Assembly (NCBI GenBank): GCA_051362555.1
Contig: CM120640.1
Coordinates: forward strand, 8,432,001 to 8,496,000
Direction of reading: 5' to 3'
DNA: 64,000 nt
Source: Lingula anatina
Lineage: Eukaryota > Animalia > Brachiopoda
Part shown: one piece after another, positions 13,483-27,001 of the stretch
Layout of the letters: each line of letters opens with the position of its first letter
Numbering within the stretch: position 1 is the first letter of the stretch
Program-made: the position numbers and the translations under genes
Notes under the pieces: generated by a model
Database searches by the model: none
What the model was told of the DNA's origin: nothing
The model's input: only the letters and a program-made list of their open reading frames with translations

Positions 13483-15883
13483 ATTTTTTTCTATTACAAA
13501 ACAATTTATTTGGTTAAAAAGGGTCATCTTTTCTGATAGGTAAAATTAAGTCAATATCAAATGCAGTTCAAAGTATGATATAAAACAACATGTCTAGTTA
13601 TATTTCTTTCATATATTCTCAAACCATTTCATATCCAGATATTTGATCAGCTGCTTTTTGAAACATCTCTTTATTATCTGACAATGACACACAAAATAAT
13701 AATGCAAACAGGATTAAGCGAATGCACGTAAACAGCTTAATTTATTACTAATTCCTTTTTCATTAAGGCCTATAATATCAAGAAATGTGCTTCACCAAGT
13801 GATACTGATTTATGTCATTTGGACACAAAGAAATGTCTAGTGATGATTTCCAACAGCATATATGCTTTTGTGGAAAATATTTTAAAAAAGAAAGAAAGAA
13901 AGAAACTGCAGGGGTTATCAACCTGCCTCCCCCCACTCCCAAATGAATTGATGAGATTTTGAATGTCAAAGTATATTGTGAATCAATCCCCAAGGCAGTG
14001 GATGAAGCATAATTTCTTCAGAAACCTTTGAATCAATGCAAACACCTAATTAACAAGTGTAATTATCACAGTCTTCCTATGGGAATGCGGTCATTCTCCA
14101 GACATCAATGTCTAGTTATCATTGATAAGGCCCTTAGACAGACATTTAGAAACAGTATTACCCCGGGGAGCCATGGAAGAGGTGAAAAGGCTATGGAAGT
14201 AAATTTCAGTAATTTTTTAATCACAAACACACAGACACTCTCTTTCTCTCCCTCCTAAGTTGGGAGCAATAAAGAATATAATAACATCCTTCTGAGCTGA
14301 GGTTAGGTGGTCAATTATCATGCTCTCAACTCTGTAAGCTGATGCTCGATACTTTCAGATCATCAGAAGACGCGTTATAGATTATAATGCAAAAACAATG
14401 TCTTCACTCTGCCCACACAATCCTAAGAAAAGCATGAGACCAAATACCACAACCAGTGAGAGTACTTAAATCACAGTGAGGAGAGAAATCAATCAATGCA
14501 GTTCAGCTTAGGAAGTGCACTTCCTCGGGAAAGATACGGGTGCATTGTTACACCATTTCTCAATCCAGGTCTTACAATCAGAAAAGGCACCTCCATGGCA
14601 TAGTCATTTAGCCAGGGACAGTAATAGATCTTCACCGATCCACACAATGCATTTTACCTACAATTTTCTAAAGCAAACTAACAGGTCAGGCATTACATGG
14701 AAACATGTGAAGCAGCTTCCTGAGTGGATACAATGGATCAAGTAGGCTATCCTGTTTGCCATTTATTATCAATGCTTCTACTGAATATCTGATGGATACC
14801 GGGGAAAAATACCATCTGAATGAACTACACCCGAGTTGTACAGGAAGTAGGAGGCAAGAATCGTGCTCTGTGTGTTGAATATGTACATTTGCTGTAGTAT
14901 GTTACGTAAAAATTCATCTTCAAATTTAGTCACCTTTCCTTCTGCCAATCTGAACATATATTACAGACTTGTGCCCTTTCATTGATTGAAAAAAGACAAT
15001 ATTTTCAGTAAAACACAATGACATGGTGTGTTAGATGAGAATCTCTCCAGACAACTGCATACCTATCACAGCCAAACACAATGGACTGTCTGAATCCTGT
15101 GCCACAGCATGATTATTTCCACCACTGAAGTGTCAATATTATCATCAGTTGACATGAATGTTTTTATAATCATAATTTTACATGATGCTCCATCCATGCC
15201 CCATCTCTCATCAATGTTACACATGCTAACACCAATTCATTTCTGATAAAATTAACTTTTACTGCACACTAAAATTTACTAAAATAATCATATTTCCAAC
15301 ATTTGAAAAGCTGTGACTTTCTAGTACCACATTTTTCAGTATGCACTTCTAGTTTAGTTGCAACATTTTACATATATCAAAGAACAAATATCCATTTCAG
15401 AATCTGATACTAATTGCTCATGCATATTTTCCTATCAAATTTCCAATTATCCACAATGATTACCCTGGGACTGATTATTAACTGGGTACAAAATTCCATG
15501 TGACTTAACTTTTAATGATGATAAGAGATATTTCACGGCCAAAGCAAATTGATACAATCAAGCCTCTATTGGTTAATAGTAATAACAAATACATTATAGC
15601 AAAGGCAGGTTTTCAACTGAAATAACATCAAACGTAGATAAACGGACAAGGGACATGCAAGCTTATTTGTATTCATGATTTTGTGAATTTCCTCACAGAG
15701 ATATAGGGCTTTCCAACTTACAGTAGCAGAATTTTAAATGTTAGAGCACAACTTGAGAAAACCATGTCTGTTTTCTTGTTTTTTTTTTTATTCTTCAAGT
15801 TGGGGCAAAGCATGAGTTAATGTTAAGCAAATTTCAACCCTCACAAATTTAAGTTCATCGAAAATAATTTGAAATTTACTCAC

Positions 15884-16098
15884 TTATTGGAATCCTTCTT
15901 TATAACAGGCCATGAGGTCCTTGTCAACTGTAATGGTTTTAATACTAATCCTTGTCTCTTGAATGAGTTTTGGATGGAACATTCTCCATTTTGCTTCTTT
16001 CGACGAAGACCATAGCGTCCAGGTTTGGCACGCAATACTACTGTTGTTCCTCCATTTTCATCATTATCTTCTTCCATAACATTTGCCATTATGTTCAT
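15884..16098 (-). CDS. Candidate PDE4 alternative first coding exon (MNIMANVMEEDNDENGG...LTRTSWPVIKKDSN)
   Basis: ATG at 16098, 71 open codons, donor AA|GTGAGT after 15884, phase 2, the same phase as the RRHTLANVR exon. Confidence 0.6.
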
Positions 16099-18587
16099 AT
16101 CACAAACTGATTTCTTAAATACAACTGATAATATCACTTCTTATTGAGTATACCTCGACTATATTGAAAAGATCAATTTAGATTATAAAATCTCTCCTAT
16201 AGCATCCAGATTGCACACAAAACTCATTTAGGCCTCTGAACAACAATTGATCTTTGCAGTAAACCAAAGCTAGGTTCATAAAAAAGGAGCCAAGTTTTAA
16301 CTGACAGTTTGAAAAGCACCATGTAGCCAATTCTAAAAGGTATTCCCTCAGGTACAAGTTCCTTTTACTAGTCCAGAGTGAAAAGAACTGACTCAACTGG
16401 TTTCCTATCTGCCTTTAATTTCCAACTGATGTCGCTCAGAACCACAGCCATTAGACAGATAAATGGCTTTCACAGGGCTAAGAAAATAAATCACCTGTTT
16501 TGAGATCTCTCAATTAAACTCCAGGAATCCTAACAATTGTGGCATTTTAAAAACACAAAATGTTCAGGTATTTCAATCATTCCTAGAATAAAAGAATAAT
16601 CTCAAGGCATTTTGGTAAAAAAAAATCCATATCATTTTAAGTTTGTTTACAGTATCTCCAAAATATAGTTTTTTTAATAACTTGCGTAATAAGGTGATTA
16701 GACACTGGCATCATACAAGCCAGTTTTCTAGGAAACAACTGTTTGCCAGGGTTCAACTTACGTTGGTCTGGCTTTACTAAAACATGAATGATGAGATTTC
16801 AAGCTAAGAAAACTTGCTGTCTCAGCAATCCATCTCATTCAGTGAAAGTTAATGAAAAGAATGTCCATTAGCCAAAAACGGTGTCTGCACAGATACCTTC
16901 AAGCAGAGATATCAATTCTAGTTCATGCGTACTACACATTTGTTAATATGAAGCTTCTTGCTATTGATGCTATATTTCAATAATAGCTGCCAACAAGAGA
17001 AAATATGCACACTTCTGTGGTATAAAAAATTGCTGCTGTTCCTTTCTTTTCATTTAGAGGATTTTTCATATTTGGGATTTATGGATTGTGGGCCTAAATA
17101 CTGACATTATACATGAAAAATACAATAAATCATTTGCAATAGTTTTGATATGTTGAAGATTAAATGCAAATATTTCTCCCATTTTCTTTGAACATGAGCA
17201 AGCAGTATACCGTATGTTTTTCTGACAAATTGAATTAATTACCCCTATTTACACCACTAAGAAAACATTTACATCCAAGACCAATGATCACTGTTATCCA
17301 AATGCCAAATATCTAAACACTCAAAACCCAAAATATTGTAGGTTTTTAAGATGACTAATGTACAAACATTAATTCTTAAAAATAGTCTTTAAATGCATCT
17401 TAAAATAGTCTTCACTGTGTGGTGAGTAAATTTACTCCATCAATATTTGGCTGAGTATAATTATGTACAACCATTATGCCAGTTTAACTACCTGATACCA
17501 GACTTTGTCTTTACATTGAAGGAATACTGACACATCCAGCCTATGATTCATAATACATTTAATTTGTGACTGCCTAATTTTTTCAGATCTTAGGGCTAGT
17601 AAGTTCTGGTAATCTTTCCGTTGTCTTAACCAATCAAATTGATAACTTTAAACCAGACATCAGTAGAAGCTGTTGTAAGGACAAGTGCATGTATCTCTGT
17701 TAAGCCTGTGAGTAATCCATTAAATTGCAACTACTAGTACATGAATAGCAGATATTGATATTATAAGATGAAAGCCAGAAAAATATTCATGCCACAATTG
17801 GAGGTGTGAGCTCCATCTTAAGAGCAGAAGCTCACTTTAATTTCCTACTCTACAGCAGCAATATTTGCAATACAATTTATGATGTAATTGGGAGTCAATT
17901 GACAAAACTGCAAACAAACACATGCTCAACATGTGGGGGATGTAGCATGATGACTCAAAAAGCTTAAGATAAATTAACTCGTATGGTGTGATATTTAAAA
18001 CTGAGGGACCCACGTACTTTACAGCATAATTCCTTTATTTTCCTTTTTGCTTCTCTGAACACTGCTGGTTAAAATATCAGCTATTAAATCACATCTTATG
18101 CAAGTCCATCAATCTGTGTAAGCTTCCATTTCTTAGCATCTTCCTCAGTCACAGATTTGTTGGTTAAGACTGGTTTCTAAGGTCATTTGGTTGCAAATAA
18201 GGCAATGCAGCATACACAGACACTGAAGAAGTTATTTTAAAGCAGTTAAGATAATAGAGATCATGTACATGTTGCAATTGGCTATTCAATACCAATCATG
18301 TCTTGGTGTGTGCAATACTTACTGCCAGTAACAGTTACTGCCAATAACAAGCACATCATTCAATACTACCAAAGCACTCTGTCTCTGTTAAGTCATTATT
18401 TCAAATTCTATCATAATCTATACCCAGAAATTATTCCAATTATCAGCAGCATTACCCATAACGTGCAAAAGTTATAAAACTTTTTTTTTTAAATAACACT
18501 TTGAAAAAGGTATATTTCTTATTCCATAGAAAGATCTCAAAGGGAAGGGAGGGAGTAGTTTGTAAATCTCCCCAAACCTCACCTTAA

Positions 18588-18635
18588 CCCCCCCCCCCCC
18601 CCCCCCCCGCCACCACCACCACCACCACCACCACC
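18588..18635. repeat. Poly-C run followed by (CCA)n
   Basis: Read directly from the sequence. Confidence 0.9.
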
Positions 18636-19306
18636 AGGACACTACCAGCTTTTATTTTCTAATACTCCCTCTAGCTATAAAGCATGATTGGGCATTTTTT
18701 TCTTTTATGTGCAATTGGATAAATATGAATATGAATAGCAACATAGGAAATAAACACCCACATGAAATGACATTTTTCAGTTGCAATGAGACTTGCACTT
18801 AATTCTAACATTATTGAATAATTGGTGTATCAAGACCCCATCTTAAGTTTTACTTTCACAAGTGAAGCCTCTTTGATCTAAACAGTTGAGTGACACTATG
18901 TTGAAAACTGATTGCCTATCTCACAGCTACAGTGCCAACATCACTTTAAAACAGATGCTGGCTTTGCTGTAGGCCCAGATTTGGCTCGTTTGTTCTTTTT
19001 ATATAATTGGAAAACCCACCTCTTCAATATCTGATAATGAAATTCAATAATTCACAGTTATAAGGGATTATTTATCTGTGCCTCTACTAATCAAGATAAT
19101 TACTTACTAGATGCAACTTTGATGATAATTAATCTTTATTGGAAATGCCAAGGTTCTATGGTGCATTTAAGAAAAACATCTTATTAATGCCATCAAAACA
19201 GTTTGCAATCTTAAATTTCAAGGAAATCAGCAACTTATTCTTGGAAAAAATAAAAACTGAGATTAATAGAAAAACCAAAAGAAAATTAAAGACAATCGAG
19301 GCTTAC

Positions 19307-19344
19307 CATGGAAATGCTGGCTGCAAGATAGTACCTGTGGTCAT
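19307..19344 (-). CDS. Candidate short PDE4 alternative first coding exon (MTTGTILQPAFP)
   Basis: ATG at 19344, strong donor TG|GTAAGC after 19307, phase 2. Short, so chance cannot be excluded. Confidence 0.4.
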
Positions 19345-22293
19345 TTCGAGCTTGTTCTGTGAGAAATGATTTTGATATGCTGCATATGCATTAAGGTCAT
19401 GAAAACAGAAATTTAATAAAACCTTTTGTTTGCCAGATCAGGGTTGGATCAACACAACTACAAAGGTTGTTGTTTAATAGGAACCCATGCAATTAAAGGC
19501 ACTGTGCTTGATTCAATCATGCTCTAAGCTGAAGCAATTGATTTTTCTGTCTTTACTTATTTGCAGATCTTTAAGATGCATGAGACGCAACAAGTTTGAC
19601 AACCATAAATCACCTCATGTTCATCCTCTCTGCAATAAAAACATAATGATTGATCGAGGCTCTAATATACTTGCAAATTGCACTTTAACTTCTAGAACCA
19701 GTAGAACTGGATCCAGTTATTTAGGCAAAGTACTGAAATATTATGCTTAGTGGATATAAATAACAAAAACAATACTGGCGTATTTACAAAACATATTCCA
19801 CAATAAAATAGAAGATAATCGCATAGCACACCTAAGTTAAAGCATCAAAGTTTTGATTTCAGAGAAACCACCGTTCCACACTTCTTCTCTTCCAGAATAA
19901 TTGAAAGCAATCAAATGGTAGTACACCTTGAACATAAACATCCAGTAAAGGCACTATATTAATTATCTGTACCAATCAAATCATCTTCATGGCAAACATG
20001 AATAAGTGTCTCTGTCAATTGTCACCTACAATACCTATTGAGTGATAGACAAAAGCTATATTACAGATTCCTAACAGTTGGATTAGTGGGGTTAGATTTT
20101 CAGTGATGAGGGTGAAACTATGTGCAAAACAGAAATTAGAAATCTTAGAAATTTAAGTAATACAAAAATGATTTACAAGACATGGTGAATCTGTAATGTT
20201 ATGCAATAAATTACAGTTAAGCTACAATTTGACAAAGAAAACAATAAGAAAAACATCCACTGATAATTCTGACAGTTTTGAGTCCTTGCATGCTGCAATA
20301 CTAGTCTGTCATTATTTCTGACCCTACTATCTTCCAAATACTGCTAAATATATTGCTTCATTTTTACTAGGTAACGGGACATCTGGCTTTCTCTTATCTC
20401 AGATGATGCGCACTGTGAAATGCTGTGCTCGTCCCGACAATGATGACTGCTGCATGGGGCAGTTCATGTTAACTGCACATTTTTCCCAGATTATTACAAA
20501 CACAAGTACAGAATACTAAATTAATGGGGAAAAAAATAGCAGATGTGTCTTGTTAATGCAGTAAGTTGCAACTTAGTCAACAATAACTACTAGCAAGGAA
20601 GCGGGAAGAAAAGACTTGACTTGTCTCATACTAATTAAGCCCTCTTTTCTTGGGTATATGAATATGTATATTAATGTACATCTTGAACAAAAAATCTTGC
20701 AATTACCAACCATGTCCAGTTTCTATACAACAGATTTATCAAAATACATATCCTCACACAATGAATTGAGATGAACAGAGAGCAGATGTTGCTTTTATAC
20801 AAAGTATACAAAAGCTTTGTAATTTAATTTTAAAACACCACATGGATTATTTGAACACAAATTGTAATGAATATTCAGCCATCATTAGTTAAAGATGAAG
20901 AATCCACTGAAATATCAGAATAGAATACACAGGAGACTTATAACAGGGAGAGAGGGCATTGAATATTTTTTGGTTTCAATGAAATTCAAAATTGATCTAG
21001 AAAGCTGGGTTTGTTACATGATTTTAAATGTAAGGTAAATGTTAGGTTGATATCAGATATTAAGGGAAAAATATCTCAAAAGTGATCAAAATCCATTCTA
21101 ATATACATGTGGCTATCAATGCTTCACATTCGCATATAGAGAATAAATGACTTAATTAATTCTTAATCAGAATCATTTCATTTCTACCTCATAAATGTGT
21201 ACTTAAAAGAAAAATGTCAGAAAGTGAAAAAAGCCTTGTGAGAACAAGAAAATACAGGTCTAAGCAAACTGATTCACAATGAGAAATCCAATATCTCGTC
21301 ATACTACAGGTGACATTGAACAGCACACTAGTCACCTTGGTACATATATCACCTTTTACTTGATGTTGTATTCACAGAAAAACTAACATGGTATTTGCAA
21401 AATATCAATATTCATGGAAAACTGTTTTCCCAATGATGAATGGAGCATTGCATGATTCATTTAGATATATCATATTAATTGTCATGCTATCATCAGTCTT
21501 TGCAATTCTATACTTTAACATGTACCCCTGCCTCAAGACATTTCCAGAAACCACACACTGTGCATATGGCAGTAAAATACATGACAGTTGCATGTTCACA
21601 ATTGGTTGCAGGCGCACTTTTTAAAAATAATCATTAAAGCAATCATAAAAATAAATAATTTTCATAACCCTCATCCTACAGATTCACTATTATTGGTTGA
21701 TTTACTAAAAATTGGTCCTTCACCTGACATGCTTTTTTTTATAGGGGAAAGGTTTCCCTTTTTATCTGTGAAGGATGTTTTTCATCAATCTTTCTACAAA
21801 TAATTACAAATAATTATGTCATAATGTGAACTATTTACACACAGAGATTATCCTTTGGGGTGCCTATGAACTCCTCTAGTACAATCATAAGTATAGGAAT
21901 ATAGGAATAGTGCTAATTTAACAGGACACCTGTTAAAATTATTTCTATGTCCTTTTTTTTTACATATGTGAATATAAGCCGAGATGTTTACTCTTTTATA
22001 AAGGAAGCTGAGGATTATATCTTAGAAATGCCTGAACCATTATCAAGATCTGTTAATATCATGTTTGCAAGGCAGGTGACACCTTGAATAAACACCATTT
22101 TAAAAGAGATAGTGCGTCAGAAAAGCTTATCATGTTAATGTATGTGACCACATACTGGTTCCGGACATATCTGAGGCAGCAACTGGAACTTAAGACCATA
22201 AATTTGTCATGAGAACTAGAACAAAAAGTGATTTCATATAAAGCATTAGACTGCAGTTCATATCTGCAGTTTGTAGAAATGATATATATGGCC

Positions 22294-22342
22294 ACACACG
22301 CACACACCCCTCTGTCCACCCACACACACACACACACACACA
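22294..22342. repeat. Interrupted (CA)n microsatellite
   Basis: Read directly from the sequence. Confidence 0.85.
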
Positions 22343-23211
22343 CCAATGATTAAACAGGATGATAAGGACTTGAAAATAATTTAGAATTCTATACATGCAA
22401 ATTATCACAAAATCTAGTAGCATGATGGAGGTTTATATTCTTCAACTGCAACACTTCTTCGTTGTTCATAACCACTTTGCCATGGGTGTGAAAATTTTCT
22501 ATATACATCATTCTATAAAAGATTCAATGTTGTCCATACGACAGAAAAGCAGTGTACTCTATGACACTAGTAATTATATAAGTTAACATTGCATGTAATT
22601 ATAGTTTGCATTAACTCATCAACTTGCTATTTATGTAGACAACAATAGTCATTTTAATTCAAGATGTACCATGGTTCTTGTCTGTCTAATTGGTGTATTT
22701 TAATCAATTAAAAAATACCAACAAAGAAAGGTAAAAAAAAAAACTATTTTGGACTTTCTTCACTGCCTCACTTATTACTATGAACTGCTGGTCAATAAGG
22801 CTATCTATTTGTTTCATTTTAATCTTGTATATTTATCAATTTATACTGAAATAAAAACTTCTGTGAAAAAGTTTCCTATTGTTCCAAGATATTTTCCTGA
22901 CATTTGCATGAAGTATTGAAATTGATCAGCATTTTTTATAGCTAAGAATAGATTAGGATTTAGCAATTCCCCAAATTAACAGAAAATGCAATACTCAGTA
23001 ACATACTGTGAGCCATGGATTTCCATAACATCACAAGAACTTTTTGAATGACAATAAAGCATAATTCTAAGGATTTACCATAATACTCCAATATGTAATT
23101 ACCTACATACATTGCATATTTATGAGTTGCAAAATGAGCGCACTGCTGATGTGAAACCCAAGCAGCCTTTTTTTTTTTACAAAATATTACATCATCCATT
23201 TTCTATCTTAC

Positions 23212-23524
23212 CCTGGTCTTCGTACACTTGAAGTTGGCCAAGATCTGCGAATATGTTTTAAGATGATCTGGCGGCGTTTACTAGGAGGTTCTTCCTCAGA
23301 TTTTGGCTTTATTTTCCTTGACTTCCCTCCATTTTTCTCCAGTGTTTCATCTGATGGCTTTCTTGCTCGCTGAGGGGGTCTCTGTCCATGGGCCCACAAG
23401 TGCTGATGGTGCACAGGCTCAATGACGCACTCCCTATTACTGCCGGACATATCTGGGACACTCAAAAACCGTTTTTTTGACTCACAAAGCTGAGTACAGT
23501 AGATATCTGACCCAAGCTGGCTAG
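23212..23524 (-). CDS. Candidate PDE4 isoform-specific exon (SQLGSDIYCTQLCESKKRFLSVPDMSGSNRE...IILKHIRRSWPTSSVRRPG)
   Basis: Acceptor TTCTGTTTTAG| before 23524. The frame is open across the whole exon, with an internal ATG at 23450 and donor GG|GTAAGA after 23212, phase 2. Richer in GC/CpG than its flanks. Confidence 0.7.
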
Positions 23525-26500
23525 CTAAAACAGAAATGTGTCCTTATAGATCAACATGTAGTCTGAGACATGAAGCTTTTATTTATGTAAACCCATTGTA
23601 ATTGAAAGAATACATACATTTCAAATATCAGAGAATTCCATTTTATCGAATTTGTCCATACATTGCTATGTCACAGCTGTTCAGTGCATAAACCACTACC
23701 TGATTTTTGTCCTTCATATTATTACTGCCTTCAATCTGTTATAAAGCTAGGAGTGTCCTGATTAAATTTGATCACATTTTCCTCTCTTCACAGCCTCCAC
23801 ACAGGCCCACATACATGTACCTTAGTAGTGATATCATCTCTGTATACTTACACATTAGAGTAAAATATGGTACAGGCTGCTGTATCCAATGCCAACTGCG
23901 TTTCTGCATTAAAACCTAACGCTGGTTTTAGATCAAATAATATGTCCCGGAGCTTAATTAATTGTTGGAATGATTGACTTGAACTGATAACCAATTGATA
24001 TTTTCCAGGGAAGATTTTCTGAAACCTAAAACCCTGCTGATCTCCAGAGCAATTTGGAACAAAGCTCACATGATAAACACAAAGGAAAGAAATCCAATTT
24101 TTTGACTTCCCAGAGGAGTAATTACGACCCCTGACCCTCATGAAAGAGAACCACTCATGACAGTTCTCAACCTGTGAGCTACAAGTCTTGTATCCAATCC
24201 ATTAGTTAAAGACGAACCTTGAACCAAATTACCCCTGTGTTCCCTGTTCAATTGAGAGCAAGTGCTTAGTCGTGACACGACAGATTTCGAGAAAATAAAC
24301 CTACTCAATAAATGAACTGACAAGGCATATAAATGACAAGAGCCAATGCAATTTCAAACCAACAAGAAGGTGAGTGGAGCATGTCCGAGACACTATTAGT
24401 CAATGTCTTGTGCGTCAATCTGCATAACAGTTTAGACAAAACTAAGCCTTACTTACCAATCCCAGGAAAATGACTGATCAATGCCCACTCCTCTCAGAAA
24501 GATTTACCACTAGGTCTACTTATCATTCATTCTCATTCAAAGTTAAAGTCAATATCAAGTCAAAGTTCTCAGCATTTGAGTCTCTAAGAGATAGTACATC
24601 TTCTACTCAAGCCACTAGTCAAGTCCCTGATAAAATAAATAAGTTACAGCAACTCTCAGCTTTCAGTTGGCAACCTGACTCACCTGAACTCTACGATAAC
24701 GAAACAATGCAGCCTGTAGCATCCCCTGGCGGGGTTAGACTATGAGACTATTTATCATACAGCAATATAATAATGGGGATTATCTCCTGTGTATGGAAGG
24801 ATATACTGGTTAGCTGAGGTGATGGGTTTTAACCTCCTTATTAATGGTAATGGACTCGTTGTCTCTGTATATATTGTAACTAGTCTCAGTACATTAACTC
24901 CATATACAAAATTGAAAGGACATTTGGATACAGTGATATGGCTTGTCTGTGGCAACACAAGTTATGAATGCCAGGGAAGTTAAAAAAATGATAAAAAGAG
25001 TAACCATAGTAATACTATAGCTTTTGGCTCCGACTAGATTGTAACAGTCCATTAGATTTCAGGTTGTATCTTAACAGTGTATACATGTGCAGTCTTCTGG
25101 GATATTGACATCTTGTCAGGTTTCCAATTATATGACATTTAATCAGCAGTTTGATCAGAGGCACCAAGGCAAATAAACAATAGAAAAATATACAGCATCC
25201 TAAACTACAGTACGATTAACTGAACAATTGCCTTTATCACCATACTGTTGTTGCCATCTACCTTAATTTGTTTTTTGTTTTATAAGAATATAGAAGACAG
25301 AAAAATGCACCCCTAAATTGTTGAAATGTTACCTACCCTCATTTACCATTACATCTAGTGTAGACAGCTCGCCTGAATGAGAAAATATATCTCCTAGTGA
25401 TTATAAATGTATGAGAAAATTATAAATTAATGAAGAAGACGTCAGATAGAAACACATGTATAATCCCTAACCTCCACAATTCATCAATTTTCATAAATAC
25501 GGACATTCAAGTACTTTATCAAACTACTAGGAAACAGGTCAGGTGGGTAAGAAAGATACTGATGCCACCTATATTACTTTCTAGTAATTTCTCTTTCTTG
25601 TTCTAGTCTTTCACAGTTGAAAAGCTCCGAGTTGGTAATTTGCAGGGCATAGACTTATAAGGATTCTGCCAAGTTGAACATACTTTCATTTTCAAAGTAA
25701 AAATGGACAATACAGATGTCAAAACCACACTCATAAAAAGATAAAAATGAAACATTAAGATAGAGATTGTCATTGTTTTAAAATATTGACTACAGATGTG
25801 ACCTCAACCTACAGCCAAACCAGACCAATATACTGGTACTGTCTGTCCTATTTGAACTGCCACAAAATTCTTTGTGACTCTATTGTAACAGTTACCACAG
25901 CATATTTATGTTTTGAAGTTTTGAATTACACATAGACTTAAAACATTGAGGCTACATTTTCATTGCTTTCATTGTTGTAAAAAAAATGAACACATACATG
26001 AATCAAGTTAAACTTTTATGCACATCAAAATTTAACCGACAGATATATATAACCATGCTATACAGGCAAATAATAAGGCAAGTGCTTTTTTGTCAATAAG
26101 GATGCAGTTAAATCCATCATGTAGACAAATCATGTACATCAAAAAGAAAGGAGTCATCAAGTATGACATATACAGACCTTGAAACTCAAAGAGGCAGAAT
26201 CAATGACACTTATGGGCAAGAAGATTTGGGAGAGAACAGAAAAAAATTTTTAATTTCAATAATTTATCACAAAATAAGTTACATAATTATGAAAAGGCAT
26301 TTCTATTAACCTAACAAAATAAGATTATTTTGATTCAATTAACATGTTATTCCTCCTTACTTATTGGGTTAAAGAAAAAATTAAATGGGATTAAATCATA
26401 GCTTGATTGATTGTGTTAGGGAAGGCACCAGACAAAAGGATTGCATAATGTTACAAATTGTGTCATTACTCGAGTGAAAATCTATCCATCATGCAGATTT

Positions 26501-26831
26501 TCAAATTCAGGCTACCTTTTTTTCCAAAGCTTTAAAGCATATTTGAAATAAAAGACATTGAACCAGTTAGCAGTTATAGGGCAAAAGTGGAAAAATATAT
26601 GCAAAAACACAAATTATTCAATGATTTTTAAGAAAAAAACATCTGATATTTACCACATGTTAAAGATTACATGCACTGATTTAGTTTGGATAAATGGAGA
26701 CTAAATATTTACTACTTACTTGAGTCCAATCTGGGCTCAGAAGTTTTTCAATGAAACACACCTACATGTAGTTTGACATACCTTTAAGTCTAATAAAACT
26801 ACATGAAAAGGGAAAACTACAAGGGTTCCAC

Positions 26832-27001
26832 CTGGCTCATAGCCACGAGGGGTTTGGGGTTCCTAACATACTGCCCTTTTTTCTAGGAAAAGGTCCCCTC
26901 TGGGTAATATTTTGCCTAAGTACACAAAGGTTTCATGGTATAAGGTTAATTTTTTTTCAGAAAAAGACCCACCCTCTTTAAAATTGCTAGCTACAGGCTC
27001 G
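26832..27001. mobile_element. Decayed hAT-like MITE remnant
   Basis: Degenerate ends CTGGCTCATAGCCA / CTAGCTACAGGCTCG, resembling the common CAGGCCCGTAGC...GCTACGGGCCTG type. Confidence 0.4.

Noticed and set aside
24457-24560. Strong donor TG|GTAAGT about 0.9 kb upstream of the 23212-23524 exon
   Set aside because: Closed in all frames. A plausible non-coding 5' exon, but its start cannot be defined from sequence.
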